NCBI RefSeq assembly: GCF_003334405.1
Contig: NZ_QOWM01000005.1
From: Escherichia coli
Lineage (GTDB): Bacteria; Pseudomonadota; Gammaproteobacteria; Enterobacterales; Enterobacteriaceae
Length of the DNA: 64,000 nucleotides
Strand: one strand, 5' to 3'
Below the pieces are notes generated by a model. It did not search any database and was not told the origin of the DNA. It saw nothing but the letters and a program-made list of their open reading frames with translations. The position numbers and the translations under genes were made by a program. Below, piece after piece: positions 13,832 to 25,653 of the stretch. Every line of letters begins with the position of its first letter. The stretch's first letter is position 1.

Positions 13832-14515
13832 ATGACACAACAAGGGGATGCTGTAGCCGGGGAGCTGGCGACAGAAAAAGTGGGCATTAAAGGGTATCTG
13901 GCTTTTTTTCTCACCATAATCTTTTTTTCCGGTGTTTTTTCCGGGACAGACAGTTGGTGGCGCGTTTTTGATTTTTCCGTTCTGAACGGATCGTTTGGGC
14001 AACTGCCTGGTGCGAACGGAGCCACCACCTCGTTTCGCGGCGCGGGTGGCGCGGGGGCTAAAGATGGCTTTCTCTTTGCGCTGGAGCTGGCACCGTCAGT
14101 CATTCTCTCTCTGGGGATTATTTCAATTACCGATGGTCTTGGCGGATTACGCGCCGCGCAGCAGTTAATGACGCCAGTGCTAAAACCGTTGTTGGGCATT
14201 CCAGGGATCTGCTCGCTGGCGCTGATCGCTAACCTGCAAAACACCGATGCCGCCGCAGGTATGACCAAAGAGCTGGCGCAGGAAGGTGAAATTACCGAAC
14301 GCGATAAAGTGATTTTCGCCGCATATCAAACCAGCGGTAGCGCCATTATCACCAACTACTTCTCTTCCGGCGTCGCGGTGTTTGCCTTTCTGGGCACGTC
14401 CGTAATCGTACCTTTAGCAGTCATCCTGGTGTTTAAATTTGTCGGAGCCAACATTTTGCGCGTCTGGCTTAACTTCGAAGAACGTCGCAACCCAACGCAA
14501 GGAGCGCAAGCATGA
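13832..14515 (+). CDS. yjiH: membrane protein, nucleoside-recognition-domain family
   Basis: ORF 13820..14515 trimmed to MTQQGD for 227 aa; overlaps yjiG start. Confidence 0.75.
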   Translation: MTQQGDAVAGELATEKVGIKGYLAFFLTIIFFSGVFSGTDSWWRVFDFSVLNGSFGQLPGANGATTSFRGAGGAGAKDGFLFALELAPSVILSLGIISITDGLGGLRAAQQLMTPVLKPLLGIPGICSLALIANLQNTDAAAGMTKELAQEGEITERDKVIFAAYQTSGSAIITNYFSSGVAVFAFLGTSVIVPLAVILVFKFVGANILRVWLNFEERRNPTQGAQA

Positions 14516-14973
14516 CAACTCAGGTCCGCAAAAACGTCATGGATATGTTTATCGATGGTGCGCGCCGTGGCTTTACTATCGCCACGACCAACCTGCTGCC
14601 AAACGTGGTGATGGCGTTTGTCATCATTCAGGCGCTGAAAATTACCGGCCTGCTCGACTGGGTGGGGCATATCTGTGAACCCGTAATGGCGCTGTGGGGA
14701 TTACCCGGTGAAGCGGCAACCGTCCTTTTAGCCGCATTAATGAGTATGGGTGGCGCAGTCGGTGTTGCCGCCAGTCTGGCAACCGCTGGCGCATTAACCG
14801 GTCACGATGTCACCGTTTTACTGCCCGCGATGTATTTAATGGGCAACCCGGTGCAAAATGTCGGTCGCTGCCTGGGGACAGCCGAAGTGAATGCCAAATA
14901 TTACCCGCATATCATTACGGTCTGCGTGATTAACGCATTGCTGTCGATCTGGGTTATGCAGCTTATTGTTTAA
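14512..14973 (+). CDS. yjiG: membrane protein (SpmB-like)
   Basis: 153 aa ORF with ATGA overlap to yjiH. Confidence 0.8.
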   Translation: MTTQVRKNVMDMFIDGARRGFTIATTNLLPNVVMAFVIIQALKITGLLDWVGHICEPVMALWGLPGEAATVLLAALMSMGGAVGVAASLATAGALTGHDVTVLLPAMYLMGNPVQNVGRCLGTAEVNAKYYPHIITVCVINALLSIWVMQLIV

Positions 14974-14985
14974 CAAGGAGTTACC

Positions 14986-16158
14986 ATGATTGATTATACC
15001 GCAGCCGGTTTTACCCTGCTGCAGGGAGCGCATTTGTATGCGCCGGAAGATCGGGGAATTTGCGATGTCCTCGTCGCTAACGGCAAAATTATCGCCGTTG
15101 CCAGTAATATCCCTTCTGACATTGTACCGGACTGCACGGTTGTCGATCTCAGCGGGCAGATCCTCTGCCCAGGTTTTATTGATCAACACGTCCATTTGAT
15201 TGGCGGTGGCGGCGAAGCAGGTCCCACGACGCGCACGCCGGAAGTGGCGTTAAGTCGTCTGACGGAAGCAGGCGTCACGTCAGTGGTTGGTCTGCTGGGC
15301 ACCGACTCTATCTCTCGCCACCCGGAATCCCTGCTCGCCAAGACCCGTGCGCTCAATGAAGAAGGCATCAGCGCCTGGATGCTGACCGGCGCTTATCATG
15401 TCCCTTCCCGCACTATTACGGGTTCCGTGGAAAAAGACGTGGCGATTATCGATCGCGTGATTGGCGTGAAATGCGCCATCTCTGATCACCGTTCTGCCGC
15501 ACCGGACGTTTATCACCTGGCTAATATGGCGGCGGAATCCCGCGTTGGCGGTTTGCTCGGCGGTAAACCTGGCGTCACCGTGTTCCACATGGGCGACAGC
15601 AAAAAGGCGTTACAGCCTGTCTATGACCTGCTGGAAAACTGCGATGTGCCGATTAGCAAGTTGCTGCCGACCCACGTTAACCGCAACGTTCCGTTGTTTG
15701 AGCAGGCGCTGGAGTTCGCGCGCAAAGGCGGCACCATCGATATCACCAGCAGCATTGACGAACCAGTCGCCCCTGCCGAAGGTATTGCCCGCGCCGTTCA
15801 GGCGGGTATTCCGCTGGCACGCGTCACCCTCAGCTCCGACGGCAACGGTAGCCAGCCGTTCTTCGATGACGAAGGGAATTTAACCCATATCGGTGTTGCC
15901 GGTTTTGAAACGTTGCTGGAAACCGTGCAGGTGCTGGTCAAAGATTATGATTTCAGTATCAGCGATGCCCTGCGCCCGCTCACCAGTAGCGTAGCCGGTT
16001 TCCTTAACCTGAGCGGGAAAGGCGAAATTCTGCCAGGCAATGACGCAGACTTACTGGTCATGACGCCAGAATTACGCATTGAGCAGGTATACGCTCGCGG
16101 CAAGCTGATGGTCAAAGACGGCAAAGCCTGCGTGAAAGGAACGTTTGAAACGGCATAA
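14986..16158 (+). CDS. iadA: isoaspartyl dipeptidase
   Basis: 390 aa amidohydrolase with HxH metal motif (DQHVHLIGGGGE). Confidence 0.9.
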   Translation: MIDYTAAGFTLLQGAHLYAPEDRGICDVLVANGKIIAVASNIPSDIVPDCTVVDLSGQILCPGFIDQHVHLIGGGGEAGPTTRTPEVALSRLTEAGVTSVVGLLGTDSISRHPESLLAKTRALNEEGISAWMLTGAYHVPSRTITGSVEKDVAIIDRVIGVKCAISDHRSAAPDVYHLANMAAESRVGGLLGGKPGVTVFHMGDSKKALQPVYDLLENCDVPISKLLPTHVNRNVPLFEQALEFARKGGTIDITSSIDEPVAPAEGIARAVQAGIPLARVTLSSDGNGSQPFFDDEGNLTHIGVAGFETLLETVQVLVKDYDFSISDALRPLTSSVAGFLNLSGKGEILPGNDADLLVMTPELRIEQVYARGKLMVKDGKACVKGTFETA

Positions 16159-16164
16159 ACGGTT

Positions 16165-16212
16165 GTCAGCCGCCCGAATGGACGTAGAATGCCCGCAAGG
16201 GCGGCTGACAGA
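16165..16212 (+). terminator. hairpin after iadA
   Basis: Inverted repeat gtcagccgccc ... gggcggctgac. Confidence 0.4.
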
Positions 16213-16222
16213 GTAAAACGTA

Positions 16223-17134
16223 ATGGATGACTGTGGTGCGGTTTTGCATAATATTGAAACTAAATGGCTTTATGATTTTCTGACCCTGGAAAAATGCCGC
16301 AATTTTTCCCAGGCAGCAGTCAGTCGCAACGTCTCGCAACCGGCATTCAGCCGCCGCATCCGTGCGCTGGAACAGGCGATTGGCGTTGAATTGTTTAACC
16401 GCCAGGTGACGCCGCTGCAACTCTCGGAACAAGGTAAAATATTCCATTCGCAGATCCGCCATCTGTTGCAACAGTTAGAGAGCAACCTTGCAGAACTCCG
16501 TGGTGGCAGCGATTACGCGCAACGCAAAATTAAAATAGCCGCTGCACACTCTCTTTCCCTCGGGCTGTTACCGTCCATTATCAGCCAGATGCCGCCGCTC
16601 TTTACCTGGGCAATTGAAGCTATTGATGTCGATGAAGCGGTCGATAAACTGCGTGAAGGGCAAAGTGACTGTATTTTTTCCTTTCACGACGAAGATTTGC
16701 TGGAAGCGCCGTTTGACCACATTCGCTTATTTGAATCTCAATTGTTCCCTGTCTGCGCCAGTGACGAACACGGAGAAGCACTTTTTAACCTCGCGCAGCC
16801 ACACTTTCCGTTACTGAATTACAGCCGCAACTCCTACATGGGGCGATTGATTAATCGCACCCTGACGCGCCACAGTGAGTTAAGTTTCAGCACCTTTTTT
16901 GTCTCTTCGATGAGCGAGCTTTTAAAGCAGGTTGCCCTCGACGGCTGTGGGATTGCCTGGCTGCCGGAGTACGCCATCCAACAAGAAATTCGCAGCGGGC
17001 AGCTCGTTGTACTGAATCGGGACGAACTGGTGATCCCGATTCAGGCCTATGCATACCGAATGAATACCCGCATGAATCCAGTTGCCGAACGCTTCTGGCG
17101 TGAACTGCGCGAGCTGGAGATTGTACTTAGCTGA
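16223..17134 (+). CDS. hypT: LysR-family transcriptional regulator (hypochlorite-responsive HypT)
   Basis: 303 aa, N-terminal LysR HTH. Confidence 0.85.
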   Translation: MDDCGAVLHNIETKWLYDFLTLEKCRNFSQAAVSRNVSQPAFSRRIRALEQAIGVELFNRQVTPLQLSEQGKIFHSQIRHLLQQLESNLAELRGGSDYAQRKIKIAAAHSLSLGLLPSIISQMPPLFTWAIEAIDVDEAVDKLREGQSDCIFSFHDEDLLEAPFDHIRLFESQLFPVCASDEHGEALFNLAQPHFPLLNYSRNSYMGRLINRTLTRHSELSFSTFFVSSMSELLKQVALDGCGIAWLPEYAIQQEIRSGQLVVLNRDELVIPIQAYAYRMNTRMNPVAERFWRELRELEIVLS

Positions 17135-17519
17135 CATTCTCGAGCGTCGCACTACGCCAACCGCCATTATCCCAGACCAGATCAAACGTTAGCGGTTCAT
17201 CGTCGTGGTACAGCATTATCTCAAGGCTGATCGCCAGCGTGTGGCTGTACGCTTCTTTCAGATTGACCTGCAACGCCGCAATCCGTGGCTCATGAAATAA
17301 CAGTGCAGAACGCAGCTGACGGCAATACCAGCTCTGGAGATGTTTGTCGCTCTGGTTATGCACTTGCCACTCGGGCATGCCTGAAACAAGTAATGACGGT
17401 AATGCCGAATGAGGAGAATTAAAAAGAGTGAGGAGATCGCTACATATTGATTTACGCAGCGATGACGTTTTATTGCCTGAAATTTCAGGTAAAACAGCCT
17501 GACGTGATTGGCGCATCAT
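17127..17519 (-). CDS. iraD: anti-adapter protein IraD
   Basis: ORF 17127..17528 trimmed to [12 protein letters not shown] for 130 aa. Confidence 0.8.
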   Translation of the reverse strand: MMRQSRQAVLPEISGNKTSSLRKSICSDLLTLFNSPHSALPSLLVSGMPEWQVHNQSDKHLQSWYCRQLRSALLFHEPRIAALQVNLKEAYSHTLAISLEIMLYHDDEPLTFDLVWDNGGWRSATLENVS

Positions 17520-18191
17520 TTTGCGCACTCCTGACGTTTAGCAACATATGCGGCTTGCCCTGAACACCGGGCACCACTGTATTGATGCTCATTTTCCATA
17601 GCCATTCCCTTTTGTTCATTACATCCATGTCAGTCTGAGACAGGCCTGAATCCTGTCAGCAAAGTATAAAACCTTACTTGCCTATGAATATCTACTGACT
17701 TTTCAGGAAAAAAGTCATGATTTGATAAAAATCATCAAACTCAAAAAAAAACCGCTAGTATATTCTGAATATTCCGAATAGTTACGTAGATGAAAATACT
17801 TGTCACCACCGCTACTTAATTCCGGTGTGAAATTATTTATTTCCGCATAATCAGCCATGTATTATTTGAAACAATTAGTTTGTAAATAATATAAATTGAT
17901 AACATATCAAATACATCAAAAATACCATTCACAGGCATTATTAATATAGACATCAATATAGCAACATCAAATTCCAATTAGTAATAAGATATGCTTTTAA
18001 ATTGCATGAAAATAATTTCAAATGAGCGTTTTTTGATACTTTAGAGTGTTTCCTACCCTTTAATATCACCGTGTAGAGTTGATATCACTACAACAGAAAC
18101 ATGCATGTCATTTGTTTACTTCTCATTTTACTACAGAAAAATTTATCTATTTTTCTAAACATCAGTGAAATACTCATAAAAGGTAACTATT

Positions 18192-19022
18192 ATGTCTATG
18201 CCATTAAGCAATACCCTTCAGAGCCAAATTATTACAGATAATCACTTCCTTCATCATCCAAAAGTCGACAGTGAGTTAACACGTAAATATGAACGTGCAC
18301 GCCTGGATACGGAAAATATCTATCTTCTGCCTCTTGCTCGTGGCAATAACCATAATTACGATGGAAAAAGCGTTGTCGAAATTAGAAAACTTGATATTAG
18401 TAAAGAGTCCTGGCCATTTAATTATGTGACAGAAGCATGCAGAGAATCCGATGGTATTACAACAACAGGACGTATGCTCTATCGAAACTTGAAAATCACC
18501 TCAGCTTTAGACGAAATATATGGTGGCATATGTAAAAAGGCGCATGCTGCTACAGAATTAGCAGAAGGTTTACGGCTAAATTTATTTATGAAGAGCCCTT
18601 TCGATCCTGTTGAGGACTATACAGTTCATGAAATAACATTAGGCCCTGGTTGCAATGTTCCAGGTTACGCCGGAACCACGATAGGATATATTTCAACCCT
18701 TCCAGTTTCTCAGGCAAAAAGATGGACCAATGAGCAGCCAAGAATTGATATCTATATTGATCAGATAATAACTGTCTCAGGGGTAGCAAATTCTTCCGGA
18801 TTCGCCCTTGCCGCATTACTTAATGCTAATATTGAGATGGGAAATGACCCAATCATTGGTATAGAAGCCTATCCTGGTACCGCGGAGATCCATGCAAAAA
18901 TGGGATATAAAGTTATCCCCGGTGATGAAGATGCGCCACTCAAACGCATGACTCTGCAACCGTCATCTCTTCCAGAACTGTTTGAATTAAAAAATGGTGA
19001 ATGGAATTATATTGGTAAATAG
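18192..19022 (+). CDS. yjiC: uncharacterised protein YjiC
   Basis: 276 aa ORF in a markedly AT-rich segment. Confidence 0.7.
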   Translation: MSMPLSNTLQSQIITDNHFLHHPKVDSELTRKYERARLDTENIYLLPLARGNNHNYDGKSVVEIRKLDISKESWPFNYVTEACRESDGITTTGRMLYRNLKITSALDEIYGGICKKAHAATELAEGLRLNLFMKSPFDPVEDYTVHEITLGPGCNVPGYAGTTIGYISTLPVSQAKRWTNEQPRIDIYIDQIITVSGVANSSGFALAALLNANIEMGNDPIIGIEAYPGTAEIHAKMGYKVIPGDEDAPLKRMTLQPSSLPELFELKNGEWNYIGK

Positions 19023-19115
19023 CAACTGAGAAGAATGAGTACTAATATTCAGGTTATACAGATATTTAAACAATACCCTGCAATTTACAAAGCAATACTC
19101 ATTGCGACTTCTTAA

Positions 19116-19150
19116 TTTAAGAAAGCGCAAGGAACGTTTACCCTTGCGCT
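19116..19150. terminator. inverted repeat between convergent yjiC and uxuR
   Basis: aagcgcaagg ... ccttgcgctt. Confidence 0.4.
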
Positions 19151-19162
19151 TATTATAATAAG

Positions 19163-19936
19163 TCAGACGTCGACTTTATCCAGCGGCCATGAATCAAACA
19201 GATAGCCGTCAAAATAAATATCGTCAACGTTCGAGAATTCCAGCAGACGTTGCTTAACGTTTTCCAGATGCTGCCACATTGCCAGCTTCGCCGCTCGGGC
19301 ATCTTTTTTGATTAACGCGGCGAGGATCTGTTTGTGATCGCCCAACCACTCTTTGCGATACAGGCTGTCATCCAGATGGCTGTGCAACTGGATCCACATT
19401 GGATTGTTTTCCCGCCACTGCCAGGACTGACGGAATAACTCCACCAGCATGCTGTTATGCGTTGCTTCGGCAATGGCGAGATGGAACTGCATATCACCGC
19501 TTTCGCTGCTACCCGGCGCGCTGGAAGCCAGTTCACGCTCTTCCAGTTGCAATGCCTGACGCATTTTGACGATATCTTCGCGGGTAGCCTGCAAAGCGGC
19601 AAATTCCGCGATGTTACTTTCCAGTAACTGACGCGCCTGTAACAGCTCAAAAGGACCCGCATCATTACAGACGTTGGCATCCGAACTGTCTGTGTTGTGG
19701 CTGCCTGAGCTATCAAGAACATAGATACCGGCACCCCGGCGCACTTCCACCAGCCCTTTGATCTCCAGCATGATCAGCGCTTCACGTACCACCGTCCGCG
19801 TGACATCAAGCATTTCTGCAATTTCACGCTCCGGCGGCAGCCGTTCGCCAGGATTGTACGGCGTCTTTATGATCAGATCGCGGATCATCGCCCCGACTTC
19901 CTGGTAAGGTCTTTGCGCAGAGGTGGCAGATTTCAT
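19163..19936 (-). CDS. uxuR: GntR-family repressor of the hexuronate regulon
   Basis: 257 aa with GntR HTH. Confidence 0.9.
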   Translation of the reverse strand: MKSATSAQRPYQEVGAMIRDLIIKTPYNPGERLPPEREIAEMLDVTRTVVREALIMLEIKGLVEVRRGAGIYVLDSSGSHNTDSSDANVCNDAGPFELLQARQLLESNIAEFAALQATREDIVKMRQALQLEERELASSAPGSSESGDMQFHLAIAEATHNSMLVELFRQSWQWRENNPMWIQLHSHLDDSLYRKEWLGDHKQILAALIKKDARAAKLAMWQHLENVKQRLLEFSNVDDIYFDGYLFDSWPLDKVDV

Positions 19937-19973
19937 GGTGTTGTGTCCGTTAGGTGCGGTTAATCAAATTTTT

Positions 19974-20008
19974 GCCGGATGCGGCGTGAACGCCTTATCC
20001 GGCCTACA
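19974..20008. repeat. REP (repetitive extragenic palindromic) element
   Basis: gccggatgcggcgtgaacgccttatccggcctaca, canonical REP. Confidence 0.6.
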
Positions 20009-20150
20009 ACGGGCAATTTTACGGCCCCTGTTAATCTCAAACTATACCATTAGCACTGGAAGTTGGCACGTACAGGTGGGCAAAAAAACGAAAACTGGTC
20101 AACCAAATATCAGTTTGATTGACCAGTAAGTCTGTAGGGTAATCAGTTAG

Positions 20151-21611
20151 TTACAGCGCAGCCACACACTCGCGCGCACCGCGTTCGCACAGCTGCTGAT
20201 ATGCCGCCGTCACCGCGCCAACAAAGTCGGCATTCTGCGGCAGATCATCGGCAAAAATACCGCTCAGGCCTAGCAGCGCTTTCACGCGGTCTGCGCCCTG
20301 ATACTGCGCGTTAATCTTCTGGAACTCGGCCAGCATCGGGTCGACCACGTCAATGGCATTACCCTGCTCATCCACGCCCTGGGTGTAACGCATCCAGCCA
20401 GCCACGCCCAGCGCCAGGTGACGCCAGCTGCCGCCGTTTTGCAGGTGCAGACGCACCGGGTCCAGCAGACGCTGCGGTAACTTCTGGCTGCCGTCCATCG
20501 CAATCTGCCAGGTACGGTGACGCAGAGACGGGTTGCTGAAACGCTCGATCAGCAGCGTCGCATAGGCGTTCAGGTCCGTACCTTCCGGCATCGACAGCGT
20601 TGGCGCTTGTTCCTGCATCATCAGGGCAAAGGCCGCTTTGCGATAATCCGGGTTAGTCATGGTGTCGGCAATAGTTTCATAGCCGCCGAGGTAACCGAGG
20701 TACGCCAGGAAAGAGTGGCTACCGTTCAGCATACGCAGCTTCATCATTTCGAACGGCACAACGTCTGCAACGAACTGTGCGCCCACTTTATCCCAGTCCG
20801 GGCGACCATTAACGAAATTATCTTCAATCACCCACTGACGGAACGGTTCGCAGGCAATGGCGCACGGGTCGTAAACGCCCAGCTGGTCAGCAATTTCCTG
20901 TAAGGTTTCTGGCGTCGCCGCCGGAACGATGCGGTCAACCATGGTGCACGGGAAGGTGACGTTCTCTTCAATCCATGCCGCTAGCTGCGGGTCACGCGCC
21001 TGAGCCAGCCCCAGTACCGCGACCTTCGCCACATGACCGTTTTCACGCACGTTATCGCAGGACATCACCGTAAATGCTTTCAGCCCTTTTTCACGACGCA
21101 GACGCAAGGCTTCGACGATGTAACCAATCGCGGACTTCGGCGCAGTCGGGTTTTCCAGATCGTGCTTGATCAGCGGGTTATTGAGATCCAGTTGACCGCT
21201 TGCCGCATCAGCGCAGTAGCCTTTTTCCGTGACCGTCAGAGAGACAATCGCCGTTTGCGGACGCGCCATCGCGTTGAGAATACCTTCGCAGCCGTCGATT
21301 TCCGGGTGCAGCGCTTCTTTCATCGAACCGATAATTTTCAGCTCGGTGCTTTCCGCGCCTTTTTCCGCCACGGTGTACAGCAGTTGCTGTTTTTTCAGGT
21401 TTTCGATCAGCACGCGGTCGTTGCCTGGCATCAGGTTAACTTCGCAGATACCCCAGTCGCTGTCGGTGCTTTCCAGCAGATGATGGGTGTACAGCGCCTG
21501 GTGCGCACGGTGAAACGCCCCGCAACCGAGATGCACAATGCGTGATTCCAGACGAGAATGATCCCATGACGGGCGGGCAACCGGCAGATTGCTGTCAACA
21601 ATAGTAGTCAT
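20151..21611 (-). CDS. uxuB: D-mannonate oxidoreductase
   Basis: 486 aa with N-terminal Rossmann motif LGCGAFHRAH. Confidence 0.9.
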   Translation of the reverse strand: MTTIVDSNLPVARPSWDHSRLESRIVHLGCGAFHRAHQALYTHHLLESTDSDWGICEVNLMPGNDRVLIENLKKQQLLYTVAEKGAESTELKIIGSMKEALHPEIDGCEGILNAMARPQTAIVSLTVTEKGYCADAASGQLDLNNPLIKHDLENPTAPKSAIGYIVEALRLRREKGLKAFTVMSCDNVRENGHVAKVAVLGLAQARDPQLAAWIEENVTFPCTMVDRIVPAATPETLQEIADQLGVYDPCAIACEPFRQWVIEDNFVNGRPDWDKVGAQFVADVVPFEMMKLRMLNGSHSFLAYLGYLGGYETIADTMTNPDYRKAAFALMMQEQAPTLSMPEGTDLNAYATLLIERFSNPSLRHRTWQIAMDGSQKLPQRLLDPVRLHLQNGGSWRHLALGVAGWMRYTQGVDEQGNAIDVVDPMLAEFQKINAQYQGADRVKALLGLSGIFADDLPQNADFVGAVTAAYQQLCERGARECVAAL

Positions 21612-21691
21612 CGTAAACTCCAGAATCCGTCTTCAGAGAGTGACGGCAAGGAAGAAGGAACCGGCACGGCGCGCAGCCATGCCGGTGGATA

Positions 21692-22876
21692 TTAACGGCT
21701 AAAGAAAGCGCGCTGGATCGCCAGTTCGACACCGCGAACTTCGGCCAGGCCTTTCAGACGACCAATTGCGGAGTAACCTGGGTTGGTTTTCTTCTTCAGG
21801 TCGTCCAGCATCTGATGACCGTGGTCCGGACGCATCGGGATCAGGTCTTCTTTGCCTTCCGCTTTACGACGGTGTTCTTCTTCAACAATCGCTTTCACCA
21901 CTTCGTACATATCAACGTCACCGTTCAGGTGCGCCGCTTCGTGGAAGGTTTTCGGGTTATCTTCACGCATGGTGGAGCGCAGATGGGTGAAGTAAATACG
22001 CGGACCGAACTGCTTGATCATATCAACCAGATCGTTGTCAGCACGCACGCCGTAGGAACCGGTGCACATGGTGAAACCGTTCGCCATGCTATTTACGGTA
22101 TCAACCATCCACTGCATATCTTCAATGGTAGAAACAATGCGCGGCAGGCCGAGGATTGGGCGCGGCGGATCGTCCGGGTGAACAGCCATACGCACGCCAA
22201 CTTCTTCGGCAACCGGAATAATCGCCTTCAGGAAGACGGCAAAGTTTTCGCGCAGTTTGGCTTTGTCGATATCTTTGTACAGCTCCAGGTGCTTACGGAA
22301 CTGGTCGAGGGTGTACCCTTCTTCCGCGCCCGGCAGACCGGCAATGATGTTACGGGTCAGACGCGCTTTGTCTTCGTCGCTCATAGTGGCGAAGCGTTCA
22401 GCTGCCTGAGCAATTTCTTCTTCGGTGTAATCCGCTTCCGCACCTGGGCGTTTCAGGATATGCATTTCGAATGCAGCGAATTCGATCTGGTCGAAGCGCA
22501 GAGCTTTGGAGCCGTCTGGCAGCACGTATTCGAGGTCAGTACGGGTCCAGTCGAGCACCGGCATGAAGTTGTAGCACACGGTGCGAATACCGCACTGCGC
22601 CAGGTTGCGCAGAGTCTGCTGATAGTTAGCGATCCACTGCTCATAGTTGCCAGTGTGGGTTTTGATATCTTCGTGAATTGGCACGCTTTCTACGACAGAC
22701 CACACCAGGCCTGCATCTTCAACGATAGCCTTGCGTTTGAGGATCTCTTCTACGGACCATACTTCACCGTTCGGGATATGGTGCAAAGCGGTAACCACGC
22801 CAGTCGCGCCCGCCTGACGGACATCAGCTAAAGAAACCGGATCGTTTGGGCCGTACCAGCGCCAGGTCTGTTCCAT
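21692..22876 (-). CDS. uxuA: mannonate dehydratase
   Basis: ORF 21692..22912 trimmed to [16 protein letters not shown] for 394 aa. Confidence 0.9.
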
Positions 22877-23036
22877 GATTTTTCCTCTTTCACATAGTGG
22901 GTTCCACAGCAAAGAGACGCGGAACCCTGGAGTTGTTTAGGTATCCGGATGAACAACCAGACCGCAGCCGTGGCGTTGCATCGGATGAGATGGCGTATAA
23001 GTTCTACCTTTTGGTAAGACATGTCAACCCGAATTC

Positions 23037-23054
23037 TGAAATTGGTTAACCACA
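23037..23054. promoter_or_regulatory. candidate UxuR/ExuR operator in the uxuA/gntP divergent region
   Basis: AAATTGGTTAACCACAT, half-site AAATTGGT matches the recalled hexuronate operator consensus. Confidence 0.3.
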
Positions 23055-23215
23055 TCACAAGAATTTCACTCTCCTGGTTGTTGCTGCAAATTGCAGCAAA
23101 AGGTAATCGATGGTTATTGATCAGAGGATGTGACATTCATCGCAACAATGGTTGACCAATTTACATAACATGTCGCCCAAAATAACAACGGTTCAACCAG
23201 GTAAGGTAAAACGTT

Positions 23216-24559
23216 ATGCATGTGCTTAACATTCTCTGGGTGGTATTCGGCATTGGTCTGATGCTGGTACTGAATTTGAAGTTCAAAATCAATTCAATGG
23301 TGGCCTTGTTGGTGGCGGCGCTGTCCGTCGGGATGCTGGCGGGCATGGATTTGATGTCGCTGCTGCACACCATGAAAGCGGGCTTCGGCAACACGCTGGG
23401 GGAACTGGCTATCATCGTGGTGTTCGGTGCGGTCATCGGTAAATTGATGGTCGACTCCGGCGCGGCTCACCAGATAGCGCATACGCTGCTGGCACGTCTC
23501 GGTCTGCGTTATGTACAGCTGTCGGTGATTATCATCGGCCTGATTTTCGGTCTGGCGATGTTCTATGAAGTGGCCTTTATCATGTTAGCACCGCTGGTTA
23601 TTGTTATTGCCGCCGAAGCTAAAATTCCGTTCCTGAAACTGGCGATCCCGGCAGTAGCAGCTGCCACTACCGCACATTCACTGTTCCCACCGCAGCCGGG
23701 TCCGGTGGCGCTGGTGAATGCTTATGGCGCGGATATGGGGATGGTTTATATCTATGGCGTACTGGTGACGATCCCAAGTGTCATCTGCGCAGGTCTGATC
23801 CTGCCGAAGTTCCTCGGCAATCTTGAGCGCCCAACGCCATCATTCCTGAAAGCAGATCAACCGGTAGATATGAATAATCTGCCCTCTTTCGGCGTTTCGA
23901 TTCTGGTGCCGTTGATCCCGGCGATCATTATGATCTCTACCACCATCGCCAATATCTGGCTGGTAAAAGATACCCCTGCGTGGGAAGTGGTTAACTTTAT
24001 CGGTTCCTCGCCGATTGCAATGTTTATTGCGATGGTGGTTGCATTCGTACTCTTTGGCACCGCGCGCGGGCACGATATGCAGTGGGTAATGAACGCTTTT
24101 GAAAGCGCGGTGAAAAGCATTGCAATGGTGATTCTGATCATCGGTGCAGGTGGCGTGCTGAAGCAGACCATCATCGACACCGGCATCGGCGACACCATCG
24201 GCATGCTGATGTCCCACGGCAATATCTCGCCCTACATCATGGCATGGCTGATCACCGTACTGATTCGTCTGGCGACGGGTCAGGGTGTGGTTTCAGCGAT
24301 GACCGCCGCCGGGATTATCAGTGCAGCAATCCTTGATCCAGCAACTGGTCAGCTGGTTGGCGTGAATCCGGCGCTGCTGGTACTGGCGACGGCTGCGGGT
24401 TCCAACACCCTCACCCACATTAACGATGCCTCATTCTGGTTGTTCAAAGGTTACTTTGACCTGTCAGTAAAAGACACGTTGAAAACCTGGGGTCTGCTGG
24501 AGCTGGTCAACTCCGTGGTTGGGCTGATTATTGTGCTGATTATTAGCATGGTAGCGTAA
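23216..24559 (+). CDS. gntP: GntP-family permease (gluconate/fructuronate)
   Basis: 447 aa polytopic membrane protein. Confidence 0.9.
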
Positions 24560-24623
24560 AAGAGCACCTGAGCCTGCCATTGGCAGGCTCTGTTCGGATT
24601 GTCGGTAAAGTGCGCTTTGTTTA

Positions 24624-24661
24624 TGCCAGATGCGACGCTGACGCGTCTTATCTGGCCTACA
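24624..24661. repeat. REP element
   Basis: gccagatgcgacgctgacgcgtcttatctggcctaca. Confidence 0.5.
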
Positions 24662-24731
24662 AAGGGCTAACGTGCAGGTTTTAGCTTCAGGTAATATTGC
24701 GTACCTGCATTAGCAATGCCCTGTGATTTCT

Positions 24732-25634
24732 TTATTGATAAACAAAAGTCACGGCAATAATCGATTGCACATTCCCTGCAGTCACCTGCCCTCCGGTACG
24801 TGCGTAATTTGCCGTTAATCCCAGACTTACCGCCGAAGTCCCTACTGCTCCTAACGATACCGTGTTATTCGCTGGAATAATCGTACCGTTGCGCGTCAAC
24901 TGTACGCCGACGCCCTGTGCAGGTGAAAACGACGCGGTATTGGTGAAAATCGAGTTGCCCGCATCTGCGGTTGTGCCGGAGAGGTAATACCCCAGGTTTT
25001 GGCTTTTCGCACAATAAACGGTAAGAGGAATCGGCACTGAACCAGGGTAGTCCGGCAGAGTAACGGTGACATCACGAGCAGAAACATCGCAGCCGCCAGT
25101 GGGCACCACCACATCATTATTGGCGTAAATATTCCACACAAACTGGAAATCATCGCTGTTATAGTTGTTGGTCTGTCGCAAAATAAGCACGGCAATTAAT
25201 GAGCCAGCTTTAATCACCACCCCGCCCGCACTGCTCACAGGCGTCAAATAAAGCGCCACCGGCCACGGCTTATCCGTTCTCGAATTATAAACAACCCGCG
25301 GCGTTTCACTGGTGGTCGGAAATGGATAGCTACTGCCACTATATTTTACGGTCCCGGAAAAATTAGATAACACGCCGCCATAAGCCGAGCCTCGTTGCAG
25401 TGTGACATAATCTGTAATGGTTTCCGGGTAATCGTTATGGCAAAAGATTTGCGTCGAAAGATCCACGACCAGGTTTTGCCCCACATTCACGGCGGGCGCA
25501 AGGTTTACATAAACATTGGCGCTGCCACCGCCAATAGGGATAGCGGTGCCATTGGCGGTTTTACAGGCGAATGACCAGGCATTTACCGACCAGCCCATCA
25601 GCAGTACAGCAAACAGGTTAATAACTCGTTTCAT
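24732..25634 (-). CDS. fimH: type 1 fimbrial adhesin (mannose-binding)
   Basis: Start at MKRVI for 300 aa; FACKTANGTAIPIGGGSANVYVNLAP lectin domain. Confidence 0.9.
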   Translation of the reverse strand: MKRVINLFAVLLMGWSVNAWSFACKTANGTAIPIGGGSANVYVNLAPAVNVGQNLVVDLSTQIFCHNDYPETITDYVTLQRGSAYGGVLSNFSGTVKYSGSSYPFPTTSETPRVVYNSRTDKPWPVALYLTPVSSAGGVVIKAGSLIAVLILRQTNNYNSDDFQFVWNIYANNDVVVPTGGCDVSARDVTVTLPDYPGSVPIPLTVYCAKSQNLGYYLSGTTADAGNSIFTNTASFSPAQGVGVQLTRNGTIIPANNTVSLGAVGTSAVSLGLTANYARTGGQVTAGNVQSIIAVTFVYQ

Positions 25635-25653
25635 TACAATCATCTCTTCGGCT

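Noticed and set aside
21815-22831. 338 aa ORF antisense to uxuA
   Set aside because: Fully embedded opposite uxuA with no recognisable motifs; the same applies to antisense ORFs within yjiN (7314..8042), yjiJ (11995..12744), fecA (52443..52937) and uxuB (21033..21545).
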